Part shown: piece after piece, positions 1-7,332 of the stretch
Numbering within the stretch: the first letter of the stretch is position 1
Layout: every line of letters starts with the position of its first letter
Source: a virus
Length of the DNA stretch: 41,288 nucleotides
IMG/VR virus record: IMGVR_UViG_3300023171_000003
Coordinates: 1-41,288 of that record
Reading direction: 5' to 3' (one strand)
Made by a program: the position numbers and the translations under genes
The notes under the pieces: generated by a model
The model's database searches: none
Told to the model about the DNA's origin: nothing
The model's input: the letters and a program-made list of their open reading frames with translations, nothing else

Positions 1-127
1 CGATTTCACTGCAATATTGATCTTGACTTTTTTCATTTTCATTCCTTGTAGTGGTGGAACAGCGGTTAGACTTTGACGCCGGTAGCTCGGTCGCCATCCA
101 GGTAAAAATCGTCAACTTCAAATTCTT
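1..127. repeat. Terminal direct repeat, identical to 41162-41288 (circular-assembly overlap or terminal redundancy)
   Basis: The first 127 nt (cgatttcactgcaatattga...caacttcaaattctt) are reproduced base for base at the end of the window. Confidence 0.95.
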
Positions 128-311
128 GGCCGTCATCGTTTTTGAATTTGCGAGCATCATGCAAATCCTTCAGGTCAAGCAATCCACAAACATCGATTCG
201 CATAAGTCCAGTTTGCACTTCAATGTCGTGAACAGGCCACCACGTGCCAAAAATGTTTGCATAAAGCTGGCCTAGACTGTTGATCCAGTCAAAATCGAGT
301 TTGTCGCTCAC
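66..311 (-). CDS. Hypothetical protein (81 aa), GTG start
   Basis: ORF with GGAGG 6 nt upstream of GTG. GTGA overlap with the upstream small ORF. Its 3' part lies in the terminal repeat. Confidence 0.55.
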   Translation of the reverse strand: MSDKLDFDWINSLGQLYANIFGTWWPVHDIEVQTGLMRIDVCGLLDLKDLHDARKFKNDDGQEFEVDDFYLDGDRATGVKV

Positions 312-427
312 AGCACACCTCCAGCTTTAGCGCCCAGCAAGCAGGCAGCAACGATGATGGCGAAGACGATACCGGCGCGAGGGAAGCGGCGAACTGTAGG
401 CATGCAGTATTTAGGCAGATTTGGCAT
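308..427 (-). CDS. Small hydrophobic protein (39 aa, MPNLPKYCMPTVRRFPRAGIVFAIIVAACLLGAKAGGVL)
   Basis: Hand-translated; below the ORF-track cutoff. TGATG overlap with the upstream gene and GTGA overlap with the downstream gene. One predicted TM helix. Confidence 0.35.
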   Translation of the reverse strand: MPNLPKYCMPTVRRFPRAGIVFAIIVAACLLGAKAGGVL

Positions 428-594
428 CACTTCCCCTTCATATTAAAGCGGCCCAAAAGAGCCGCCAGTGGTTTGGCTGGAGCCGGATCACGCACCGGTA
501 CGCGCTGACCGTTGAGGTGCGCTGCGCCTAGCACGGGGTCGGCTCCGACATTTCTTGCTGCGCGCTCCTGAGCGGCTTTCGATAGTGGCTTCAT
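427..594 (-). CDS. Hypothetical protein (55 aa), first gene of the leftward operon
   Basis: Internal Met of ORF 427-735 preceded by AGGAG with a 5-nt spacer. The longer 102-aa version would run through the promoter region. Confidence 0.55.
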   Translation of the reverse strand: MKPLSKAAQERAARNVGADPVLGAAHLNGQRVPVRDPAPAKPLAALLGRFNMKGK

Positions 595-637
595 GTTCAC
601 TCCTATTTGGCTTCGCGATTGCGCTGCCTTGAACATC

Positions 638-666
638 ACTATATCCAATATGCTACACCAACACAA
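638..666 (-). promoter_or_regulatory. Candidate sigma70 leftward promoter (TTGTGT-17 nt-TATAGT on the minus strand)
   Basis: -35 is the complement of 661-666 and -10 the complement of 638-643, with 17-nt spacing. It sits 44 nt upstream of the 594 start. Confidence 0.4.
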
Positions 667-690
667 GGGATTTCTTTTGCGTATTGTATC

Positions 691-719
691 TTGTTTGCTA
701 CTCAAAGATGGCGTATTAT
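691..719 (+). promoter_or_regulatory. Candidate sigma70 rightward promoter (TTGTTT-17 nt-TATTAT)
   Basis: -35 at 691-696 and -10 at 714-719, about 40 nt upstream of the Cro-like gene. Confidence 0.4.
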
Positions 720-724
720 GGACG

Positions 725-740
725 TATCCAATCACGGATA
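725..740. promoter_or_regulatory. Operator-like inverted repeat TATCC-N6-GGATA
   Basis: Lies at the predicted rightward transcription start. The octamer TATCCAAT recurs at 642-649, overlapping the leftward -10. Confidence 0.3.
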
Positions 741-758
741 TGACATAAGGAGCAATAC

Positions 759-983
759 ATGCCTACCCTTCACCAAGACTCGTCTCATTTACTGTTTGAC
801 CACATTATCAAGTCGCGTCAACTGAAGAATGACGCAGCTTTAGGCCGTCTTATCGGCATCACTCCTGCGGTACTCAGCAAGATCCGCCACGGCCGCCTGA
901 ACGTCAGCGCGCAGATCATCATTAACGTGCATCTGCGGACGGATATGCCGGTGCGCGACATCATGGCTCTGTTGCCTGAGTAA
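759..983 (+). CDS. Cro-like HTH transcriptional regulator (74 aa)
   Basis: AAGGAG RBS. HTH segment NDAALGRLIGITPAVLSKIRHGR. First gene of the rightward operon, opposite the divergent promoter. Confidence 0.6.
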   Translation: MPTLHQDSSHLLFDHIIKSRQLKNDAALGRLIGITPAVLSKIRHGRLNVSAQIIINVHLRTDMPVRDIMALLPE

Positions 984-986
984 GCC

Positions 987-1448
987 ATGCGTCCCAAGTT
1001 CGCCACTCGCCAGTTCCTAGTCAGCTCCGAGCGGGTCCGCGACAACCTGCTGGCTGCTGTACGGAACATGCCAATCGACGCGAAGAAACCTCTTCAGGCA
1101 ATCCTGCGCGAAGAGGTGAAGGCTAGGAAGCTAGACCAGCAGGCACTCATGTTTGCTGGTCCATTGCTGGATATCTCTCGGCAAGCGTGGTTTGAAGGTC
1201 GCCAGCATAGCGTTGAAGTGCTTCATGAGTATTTCAAGCGCGAGCTACTTCCTGATGACTTCGACCCTGAGCTTTGCATTGAAGGCTACATGAAGTGGGA
1301 CGTTGATCCAGGCGGCAATCGTGTCCTTGTCGGCAGTACAAAGCAATTGACCGTAAAAGGCTTTTCGCAATACTTGGAGGCTGTGTTTGCCTTTGGTGCT
1401 GCGATGGGCGTTGAATTTCATGCGTCACCTAATGAGGGAAAATCATGA
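987..1448 (+). CDS. ninB: NinB/Orf-family recombination mediator
   Basis: Resembles lambda NinB: ...RKLDQQALMFAGPLLDISRQ... (lambda RSLDQNRKLWACLGDVSRQ) and ...GSTKQLTVKGFSQYLEAVFAFGAAMGVEF (lambda GQSTSRMRVGEFAELLELIQAFGTERGVKW). Confidence 0.7.
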   Translation: MRPKFATRQFLVSSERVRDNLLAAVRNMPIDAKKPLQAILREEVKARKLDQQALMFAGPLLDISRQAWFEGRQHSVEVLHEYFKRELLPDDFDPELCIEGYMKWDVDPGGNRVLVGSTKQLTVKGFSQYLEAVFAFGAAMGVEFHASPNEGKS

Positions 1449-1693
1449 GCAACGAGTGCTATTACAACGGGACAGCTGGGGTGGGCGGTGGCAACCCTGT
1501 GAAAACTCAAGCAGAACTTGTAGCAAAAATTAACGCAGCCGAAGTTCCAGCAGCATCCCGCTACCAACTGACGCACGCAGAAGCATTGGACCGTGCGCAA
1601 CTTCTGGCTCTATTCGATAAGCTGGACGCCCGTGGTCAGAAAACAACGCTGGCTATGCTCGCTGTCGCCGTGAAGCTTCATCCGAAAGCCTAA
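1445..1693 (+). CDS. Hypothetical protein (82 aa)
   Basis: ATGA overlap with ninB; compact operon context. Confidence 0.55.
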   Translation: MSNECYYNGTAGVGGGNPVKTQAELVAKINAAEVPAASRYQLTHAEALDRAQLLALFDKLDARGQKTTLAMLAVAVKLHPKA

Positions 1694-1694
1694 C

Positions 1695-2453
1695 ATGCCT
1701 CCGCTGATCCCGAATCCGTCCTCAGTCAAGCGCAATGCAGAGCTACGCCGCGTCTTGTCTGTAATGGCGCTAAGGCCCATGGGCATGACGACGAAGGAAA
1801 TGCGCGTAGAGCTTGATTTGCCGCTGATTCGCGTTCGTAACTACGTCGCGGTGATGCTGGAGGGCGGCGTGATCTACCGTCACAAGTCTAACCACGGCGG
1901 CAGCAAGAAAGTCTATCGTCACTGTGTAGCATTCGACCGCGACCAGATCGATGGCTTCCTTGCCAAGCTGGAAGCGCAATTCGCAAAGCCGCTCGGTAGC
2001 CAGCGCCAGGCCATCAGGATGCCTGAGTTAACAAAGAAGAAACCAACACAAAGGACTCGACCAATGAACGATACGCAAAAGAAAGTGCTCGAACACATGC
2101 GCAACATGTTCGACTTCATCGCCGCTCACCCTGGCTGCACGATGATGCAAATGTGCGCGCACTACAAGCAGGCTGCTTCGACCCTGCGCACACCATTGCA
2201 TCATCTGCGCGACGGTGGCTACCTTGAAGTCACCGAAGGAGCGCGCAGTAAGTTGGGCCAGTCGCCTAATGCCTACACTGTATCAGACAAAGGCCGGCCT
2301 AACGCAGCACCGCAGCGCAAGAAGAAGGGCGAGCGCGTCGCTAAGATCATCATCGATCCCAACATCAAGCAGGTCATAAAGAAGGCTAAGCAGCTTGGCA
2401 TGGCTCCGTATGCTGATCTGCCGGCAGGGTTCTTCGCCAGGTCTGCCGCATGA
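1695..2453 (+). CDS. Hypothetical DNA-binding protein with two winged-helix-like repeats (252 aa)
   Basis: Two similar segments (TTKEMRVELDLPLIRVRNYVAVMLEGGVIYRH and TMMQMCAHYKQAASTLRTPLHHLRDGGYLEV) separated by a basic linker. Confidence 0.55.
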   Translation: MPPLIPNPSSVKRNAELRRVLSVMALRPMGMTTKEMRVELDLPLIRVRNYVAVMLEGGVIYRHKSNHGGSKKVYRHCVAFDRDQIDGFLAKLEAQFAKPLGSQRQAIRMPELTKKKPTQRTRPMNDTQKKVLEHMRNMFDFIAAHPGCTMMQMCAHYKQAASTLRTPLHHLRDGGYLEVTEGARSKLGQSPNAYTVSDKGRPNAAPQRKKKGERVAKIIIDPNIKQVIKKAKQLGMAPYADLPAGFFARSAA

Positions 2454-3061
2454 GCCTATCCCGCAACAAGCAACTGGTGAGGACCGGGTTCAAGCCTCCC
2501 GAGCCAAAGCCAGAAGTTGGCCGGCGCAAGCGTAAATGCGCAGTTTGCAGAGAATCGTTTGAGCCACGCAACATGATGCACAAGGTCTGCAAGCCAGAAT
2601 GCGCAGTAACGCACGCAGAGGTCATCAGGAAGGCTCAGGAGCGCAAAGTAGACAGCGCACGCCGCACCGCACTAAAGAGCCGCGCAGACCACGCCAGGGA
2701 AGCGCAGACAGCTATGAATGCCTGGGTACGCTTCAGGGATCGGCTGGATGGCTGTATCTCATGCGACAAGGGACCAGACTGGCAAGGGCAATGGCATGCT
2801 TCGCACTTTATCAGCGTCGGGGCTTGCCAAACCACCCGCTTTGATCCTTCCAATCTACATAAAGCATGCAGTATTTGCAATAACCATCTTTCCGGAAATA
2901 TCCGATCTTATAGGCCTCGCCTTATCGCCAAGATCGGCCAGGTTGAGGTTGACCGCCTGGAAGGCTGGCATGAGCCTAAGAAGTTCAGCATTGAAGAACT
3001 TAAAGCCATCAAGGCGCATTACGTGGCAGCACTTAAAAAACTGAAGGAGCAACTGAAATGA
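2450..3061 (+). CDS. ninG: NinG/Rap-family structure-specific endonuclease
   Basis: About 200 aa. N-terminal Cys cluster (CAVCRESF...CKPEC) and C-terminal CISC...HASHF...CSICN motifs typical of lambda NinG. ATGA overlap with the upstream gene. Confidence 0.75.
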   Translation: MSLSRNKQLVRTGFKPPEPKPEVGRRKRKCAVCRESFEPRNMMHKVCKPECAVTHAEVIRKAQERKVDSARRTALKSRADHAREAQTAMNAWVRFRDRLDGCISCDKGPDWQGQWHASHFISVGACQTTRFDPSNLHKACSICNNHLSGNIRSYRPRLIAKIGQVEVDRLEGWHEPKKFSIEELKAIKAHYVAALKKLKEQLK

Positions 3062-3168
3062 CCCGCAACCTCGATGCCCTCCAAGACCTCAACTATCTGT
3101 ACTGGCGCATGACAGCTGTCCAATATCGCGGCCTGCTGCGTAAGTGTGGTGTTCGGCGTCTGAAGTAA
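3058..3168 (+). CDS. Small ORF (36 aa, MTRNLDALQDLNYLYWRMTAVQYRGLLRKCGVRRLK)
   Basis: Hand-translated. AAGGAG 8 nt upstream; ATGA overlap with the ninG stop. Confidence 0.4.
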   Translation: MTRNLDALQDLNYLYWRMTAVQYRGLLRKCGVRRLK

Positions 3169-3207
3169 TCGCCGATCTAGCGCACCATCAACCACCGAAA
3201 GGGAAAT

Positions 3208-3438
3208 ATGAAAATTGTACATGCGGAGTTCGGCAAGCCAAGCATTGACCTTGCTCCTGACTTTAGCGCTGTCTTGCGCGAACTGGCCGACGCGGTAGAT
3301 GCTGGCGAAATTGGCGGTGCTTGCGTCATCGTCGTCAGGAATGGTGAGTATGAGCTTCACTTCCCATCTAGTCTGTCGGAATCGCTCATCATGAGTACTC
3401 TGTTGCATCGCCGCGCCACAGACAAGTTTCTGGCCTAG
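3208..3438 (+). CDS. Hypothetical protein (76 aa)
   Basis: ORF with an AAAGGGA RBS. Confidence 0.5.
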   Translation: MKIVHAEFGKPSIDLAPDFSAVLRELADAVDAGEIGGACVIVVRNGEYELHFPSSLSESLIMSTLLHRRATDKFLA

Positions 3439-3442
3439 CATC

Positions 3443-3817
3443 ATGGACCGCATAGACGCAGTTCTAGCCGCTATGCCGGCTACCAGAGCCGAGATAATGG
3501 CGAAGACAGGGCTAACCAAGGGAGCCGTGCAGAACGCCGTAGAGAAGCTGCATGCGGCCCGTTGGTGCTATGTCTCAGGCTGGCGGCGGGAGAAGCGCAA
3601 CAACACGGGGACATTCGTGCAGCGCCTCTCTGCTGGGCCTGGAAAGGATCGCGCCTGCACGCTAAAGCCGCTCACGCAGAAGGAGCGCGACGATATGCGA
3701 CAAGCTCGCCTAGTCAAGTCTGGCGACATCGAGGAACGTCGGCGCGGAAATCTGATGCGCTACTACGAGCAGCGCGCAAAGTCGAGGAAGAACGATTGGC
3801 TTGGCCCTTTACGCTAG
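3443..3817 (+). CDS. Winged-helix protein (124 aa); candidate late-gene regulator/antiterminator by position only
   Basis: N-terminal wHTH-like segment (RAEIMAKTGLTKGAVQNAVEKLHAARW) and a basic C-terminus. Last gene before a promoter plus strong terminator, as for lambda Q. Confidence 0.55.
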   Translation: MDRIDAVLAAMPATRAEIMAKTGLTKGAVQNAVEKLHAARWCYVSGWRREKRNNTGTFVQRLSAGPGKDRACTLKPLTQKERDDMRQARLVKSGDIEERRRGNLMRYYEQRAKSRKNDWLGPLR

Positions 3818-3848
3818 GAATGTCGTTTTCTGAGACTCAAGATTTTCC

Positions 3849-3877
3849 TTGCAGTATGTTCGCCAGCGTGTCAGAAT
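3849..3877 (+). promoter_or_regulatory. Candidate promoter (TTGCAG-17 nt-CAGAAT) upstream of the compound terminator
   Basis: Hexamers at 3849-3854 and 3872-3877; the -10 is only 4/6 to consensus. Confidence 0.25.
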
Positions 3878-3916
3878 GCACCTACATCAACGGCGTAGGA
3901 ACCGTTTGAGAGTAAG

Positions 3917-3987
3917 GCCGCTTTAGTAAGGATTCTGCCCCAGCAATGGGGTTCCTACCAGAATCCTAACTACAGCGGCTTTTTTTT
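3917..3987 (+). terminator. Compound intrinsic terminator: long imperfect hairpin plus T8
   Basis: GCCGCT...AGCGGC outer stem; TTAGTAAGGATTCTG/CAGAATCCTAACTAC arms; apical CCCC-AGCAAT-GGGG hairpin; followed by TTTTTTTT (3980-3987). Confidence 0.65.
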
Positions 3988-4257
3988 CGTCTAATGAAAA
4001 CGAATCAGCAATTTCATTGTATGCGTCCATCAAAGATCCTCTAGGACGACTGCGCGAACACGGCAGGAGGTGGCCCTGAAACTAGGGTTGGCTGAAAAGC
4101 CGGGGTGTGTTCAGGGGTAGTGTCCGTGGCTCGTCTCACAGGCAGTGCCAAGCTCTTTATCTTCCTCTGGGGGGTATGGGGGGCTTTGGGGCAAGGAGCC
4201 GGGTCTGAACTCTAGGCAATAACAAACAGCAGTAAAACAATAAGGTAAATTCTTAAA

Positions 4258-4533
4258 ATGAAACTTTTAGAATATTTACAGATGAAATATGGACAGTCCG
4301 AGCCATCTGTAATGACGTGTTCGGAAGCGCAAGCGTTTGGCGTTAAATGGCCTCTTTCTGATGGCTGGCTTAAGCGTCACGGCAATCAAGTTCTTGACCC
4401 AAAAATGGCAGATGCTTTGATTGCAAGACTGCGTAAAAAGGCGGCAAGTAAGCCCCCATCAAATGGGACTGCCTTTTATTATTTGCGTGGCGCAGAAATC
4501 CTTGAACAGCATTATAAAAAGGCCTCAAAATGA
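4258..4533 (+). CDS. Hypothetical protein (91 aa), paralogous to the N-terminal domain of the HNH endonuclease at 38176-38823
   Basis: MKLLEYLQMKY...EAQAFGVKWPLSDGWLKRHG aligns with MNVLQYLQTKY...EAIAFGIPYPLKPGWLAKHG. AT-rich gene with no clear SD. Confidence 0.6.
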   Translation: MKLLEYLQMKYGQSEPSVMTCSEAQAFGVKWPLSDGWLKRHGNQVLDPKMADALIARLRKKAASKPPSNGTAFYYLRGAEILEQHYKKASK

Positions 4534-5222
4534 ACCTAAGTCTCCAAAACAATACAGAACAGACTATGACTAGCTTAGAGTTAGTCGAGTTTATCAATGA
4601 AGACCGCAAAACCGCATCGGCTGGCGACACGTTTAGCGTGCTGAGCCATTCGGACTTCTACAAAAAAGCGAAGGTTGTACTTGGTGAGGGTGTCGGAAAA
4701 TTTTCTGATACCTACCAGAACCCGCAAAACAAGCAGTTTTACCAAATCTACCGCTTCCCAAAGCGTGAAGCTTGCCTGATGGCGATGAGCTATAGCTACG
4801 AGTTGCAAGCCAAGGTTTTTGACCGGATGACAGCGCTTGAGGTTGCCGACCCGCTGGCTGGCCTTCCTGCTGAGCAGCGCGCTTTGATTGGTGTCATGCT
4901 GGATAACGCTGCTATCAAGGCTGAGCAAGCCGCACAAGCCGTCCTGATTGCTAGCCAAGCTGATAGCATCAAACGCCTGGAAGCGAAGCAGTCAGCCTTT
5001 GAGGATGGCGCTTCATACTTTACCGTCATAGGCTATGGAGTGCATCGGGGTATCTCGTTTGGCCTAACTGATGCGGGTACGCTGGGCCGCGCTGCTGCGA
5101 AGCTCAGCAAGGAAAACGGTATAGCCGTGGACAAAGTGAAAGATCCGCGCTTTGGTTCCGTCAACAGCTATCACGAGTCTATGCTTGATGCTGCGCTGGC
5201 TAAAATCCACGGGGGCATGTAA
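4530..5222 (+). CDS. Rha-family-like phage regulatory protein / antirepressor-like
   Basis: N-terminal TSLELVEFINEDRK...FPKREACLMAMSYSYELQAKVFDRMTALE matches the Rha pattern as I remember it. ATGA overlap upstream. Confidence 0.5.
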   Translation: MNLSLQNNTEQTMTSLELVEFINEDRKTASAGDTFSVLSHSDFYKKAKVVLGEGVGKFSDTYQNPQNKQFYQIYRFPKREACLMAMSYSYELQAKVFDRMTALEVADPLAGLPAEQRALIGVMLDNAAIKAEQAAQAVLIASQADSIKRLEAKQSAFEDGASYFTVIGYGVHRGISFGLTDAGTLGRAAAKLSKENGIAVDKVKDPRFGSVNSYHESMLDAALAKIHGGM

Positions 5223-5533
5223 TGAGCACTTTGCCTGAATGGTTGCCCCTTATCCCATGGCAGGGCTACGTTGAAATGCGTAAGAAGAAGCGCGCCGTAA
5301 TGACTGAACGCGCCATGGAACTGCGTATCGCTGATCTTGCTAAGCTGAAGGCTGAAGGCGAGGACATTGGCGCTGTGCTCGACCAGTCCACCGCAAACGG
5401 CTGGACTGATGTATATCCGCTGAAGGAGCGCCGCGCCACACCGCGCCAGTCGCCAGCCTTCGACAATTCGCGGCTTGGCAAGCACGGCCAGGCTACCGCT
5501 AACGCTGCACTTGATTGGCTGGAGGGGAAATGA
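5222..5533 (+). CDS. Hypothetical protein (103 aa); possibly a DnaD-like replication-organiser domain
   Basis: Pattern WLPLIPWQGYVEMRKKKRAVMTERAMELRIADLAKLKAEGEDIGAVLDQSTANGW is reminiscent of phage replisome-organiser C-terminal domains. Weak. Confidence 0.5.
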   Translation: MSTLPEWLPLIPWQGYVEMRKKKRAVMTERAMELRIADLAKLKAEGEDIGAVLDQSTANGWTDVYPLKERRATPRQSPAFDNSRLGKHGQATANAALDWLEGK

Positions 5534-5697
5534 GCGCTGACAATGACATTGTGAGATATGCACTTCGGATTGCAAAGCTTATGGAAGAAATTGAATATGA
5601 GCGCGCCAATCTCGATTACGACAAAGAGCGCATGAGCGATGCTACTCGGCGTATAGATCGACTAGCAAAAGCCATAGACGAGTTTCAATATGATTGA
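5530..5697 (+). CDS. Hypothetical coiled-coil protein (55 aa)
   Basis: Internal ATG with GGAGGGGAA RBS and ATGA overlap with the upstream stop. Confidence 0.45.
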   Translation: MSADNDIVRYALRIAKLMEEIEYERANLDYDKERMSDATRRIDRLAKAIDEFQYD

Positions 5698-6292
5698 TAA
5701 CCTTGATGAGAAGAAGCGCTTCGCAGGGTTGATCGTGGCACTGGCTGACTACTACAACAAGACCGCCTCCAAGGGCGTGATTGCGATGTACTGGGAGGGC
5801 TTGCGCCAATACGACTATGAAGCCATCAAAAAGGCTGCATGGGCGCATACGCAACTTCCCGACGAGGCTGGGCGCTGGATGCCACTGGTCAGCGACTTCA
5901 ACAAGATGCTGATCGGGCGCACGTCGGACCAAGGCCAGATTGCCTGGAGCAAGGTAGACCGCGCCGTTCGCACTGTCGGGCCTTACGCTGATATAGCCTT
6001 TGACGATCCTATCATTCACCGCGTCATTCAGGAAATGGGCGGCTGGGTGCATCTATGCGGCAAGGACGACAAAGAATGGCCCTTCACGGCCAAGGAGTTC
6101 GTCACTCGCTACCAGTCCTACAAGATGACCGGCGAGCTGCCAGAGCACGCGCCATACCTTACCGGCATCGCATCGTCGCAGAACCAGACCGCCGGCCATC
6201 AACAGCCACTGGAAGTACGCTTGCTAGGCAACGCAACGAAGGCCAAGCATATCGCCAGTGCGCGGAGTGTGGCGCAGGAACAACTTGAGTGA
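5690..6292 (+). CDS. Hypothetical protein (200 aa); possibly helicase-loader-like
   Basis: Loose resemblance to lambda P-type loaders (W..GL....YE.I..A...........RWMP...DF); function not established. Confidence 0.55.
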   Translation: MIDNLDEKKRFAGLIVALADYYNKTASKGVIAMYWEGLRQYDYEAIKKAAWAHTQLPDEAGRWMPLVSDFNKMLIGRTSDQGQIAWSKVDRAVRTVGPYADIAFDDPIIHRVIQEMGGWVHLCGKDDKEWPFTAKEFVTRYQSYKMTGELPEHAPYLTGIASSQNQTAGHQQPLEVRLLGNATKAKHIASARSVAQEQLE

Positions 6293-6309
6293 ATGCGCTG
6301 AAATAGCGC

Positions 6310-6338
6310 TTGCATGATGCGCTGACGTGGCGTATATT
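6310..6338 (+). promoter_or_regulatory. Candidate sigma70 promoter (TTGCAT-17 nt-TATATT)
   Basis: Good hexamers and spacing in the 99-nt gap before 6392, flanked by the 9-nt direct repeat ATGCGCTGA at 6293-6301 and 6317-6325. Confidence 0.45.
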
Positions 6339-6391
6339 ACGTACATGGGCAGCGCAACGGGCGCGGCGGAATTGGAGAAGCGGAGCACGAT

Positions 6392-6730
6392 ATGAATGCA
6401 GACTTTAAATACACCATCGAGCAGCCAAACATGGTCCGCGCCCACTTTGACGACTTCCAAGAAGTTACCGAGTACGTCGAAGAGTTGACCGCTAAGCGCC
6501 GCCCGTTCACATTCATCGACAACACCGCGTCGGCTGCTGCAAAACCAAAGAAGGCCAAGGTTCGCGGTATTCGTTGTGAGGCAAGCGGCTACCGTCTGGT
6601 AGGTCGCGACTTCTACAGCGTCACCGAGAAAGACGGCCAACACGTTTGTGATACATGCGGCAAGGCAATCAAAATCGCGGTTCGTAATGGTAACGAATAC
6701 ATCCCGGTCCACAACGAACCAACCGCCTAA
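6392..6730 (+). CDS. Hypothetical protein (112 aa), possible Cys-pair zinc ribbon at the C-terminus
   Basis: GGAG-type RBS; CEASG...CDTCGK. Confidence 0.55.
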   Translation: MNADFKYTIEQPNMVRAHFDDFQEVTEYVEELTAKRRPFTFIDNTASAAAKPKKAKVRGIRCEASGYRLVGRDFYSVTEKDGQHVCDTCGKAIKIAVRNGNEYIPVHNEPTA

Positions 6731-6769
6731 TCAACCCCGTCCGCTACGGCGGCATCATACGGAGCATCA

Positions 6770-6976
6770 ATGCCAACCACAGAAGAAATCAAGCGCGCCC
6801 GGAAAGCTGCTGGTCTCACGCAGCTTGAGGCTATCCGTGTGCTTCGACCTGGCAGCAAGACGGCTAGGACGTGGCTGACTTGGGAGACGAAGCCCGATAG
6901 CATGCCGCCAGAAATGTGGGAATATTTCCTGCTGAAGACTAAATCCGCCCGCCGTCGCGCTGGCGATAAAAACTAG
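6770..6976 (+). CDS. XRE-like HTH protein (68 aa)
   Basis: EEIKRARKAAGLTQLEAIRVL HTH signature; ACGGAG RBS. Confidence 0.55.
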   Translation: MPTTEEIKRARKAAGLTQLEAIRVLRPGSKTARTWLTWETKPDSMPPEMWEYFLLKTKSARRRAGDKN

Positions 6977-6986
6977 GGAGAATAAA

Positions 6987-7322
6987 ATGGGTGAGCCGCA
7001 TAAGTGGGCAGAAGTGATTAAAGCTGCAGCAGATGGCAAAGATGTAGAGCGATTTGAGCAGGGGGTATGGAAGCGTAAGGAAGGGTATTATGCAATACGT
7101 AATTGGCTTTGGGGTGAAAAACAACAACATCGTATCAAGCCCGAGCCAGTTTATCCTGTAACGCGGATCACACCTGAAGAGGCATATGAAATGCTAAAGG
7201 TGTGTGTAGAAAAAGTTGGGCGTATTGAATGGACGCGTGCTGATGACTTGGTATTGTTTGCCAACGCAGCGATCCGCCGCGCAATTGAAGACGGCGATGT
7301 CATCCTGCCGAATAAAGACTAA
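6987..7322 (+). CDS. Hypothetical protein (111 aa)
   Basis: GGGAGAA RBS; operon context. Confidence 0.55.
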   Translation: MGEPHKWAEVIKAAADGKDVERFEQGVWKRKEGYYAIRNWLWGEKQQHRIKPEPVYPVTRITPEEAYEMLKVCVEKVGRIEWTRADDLVLFANAAIRRAIEDGDVILPNKD

Positions 7323-7332
7323 GGGGAATAGC

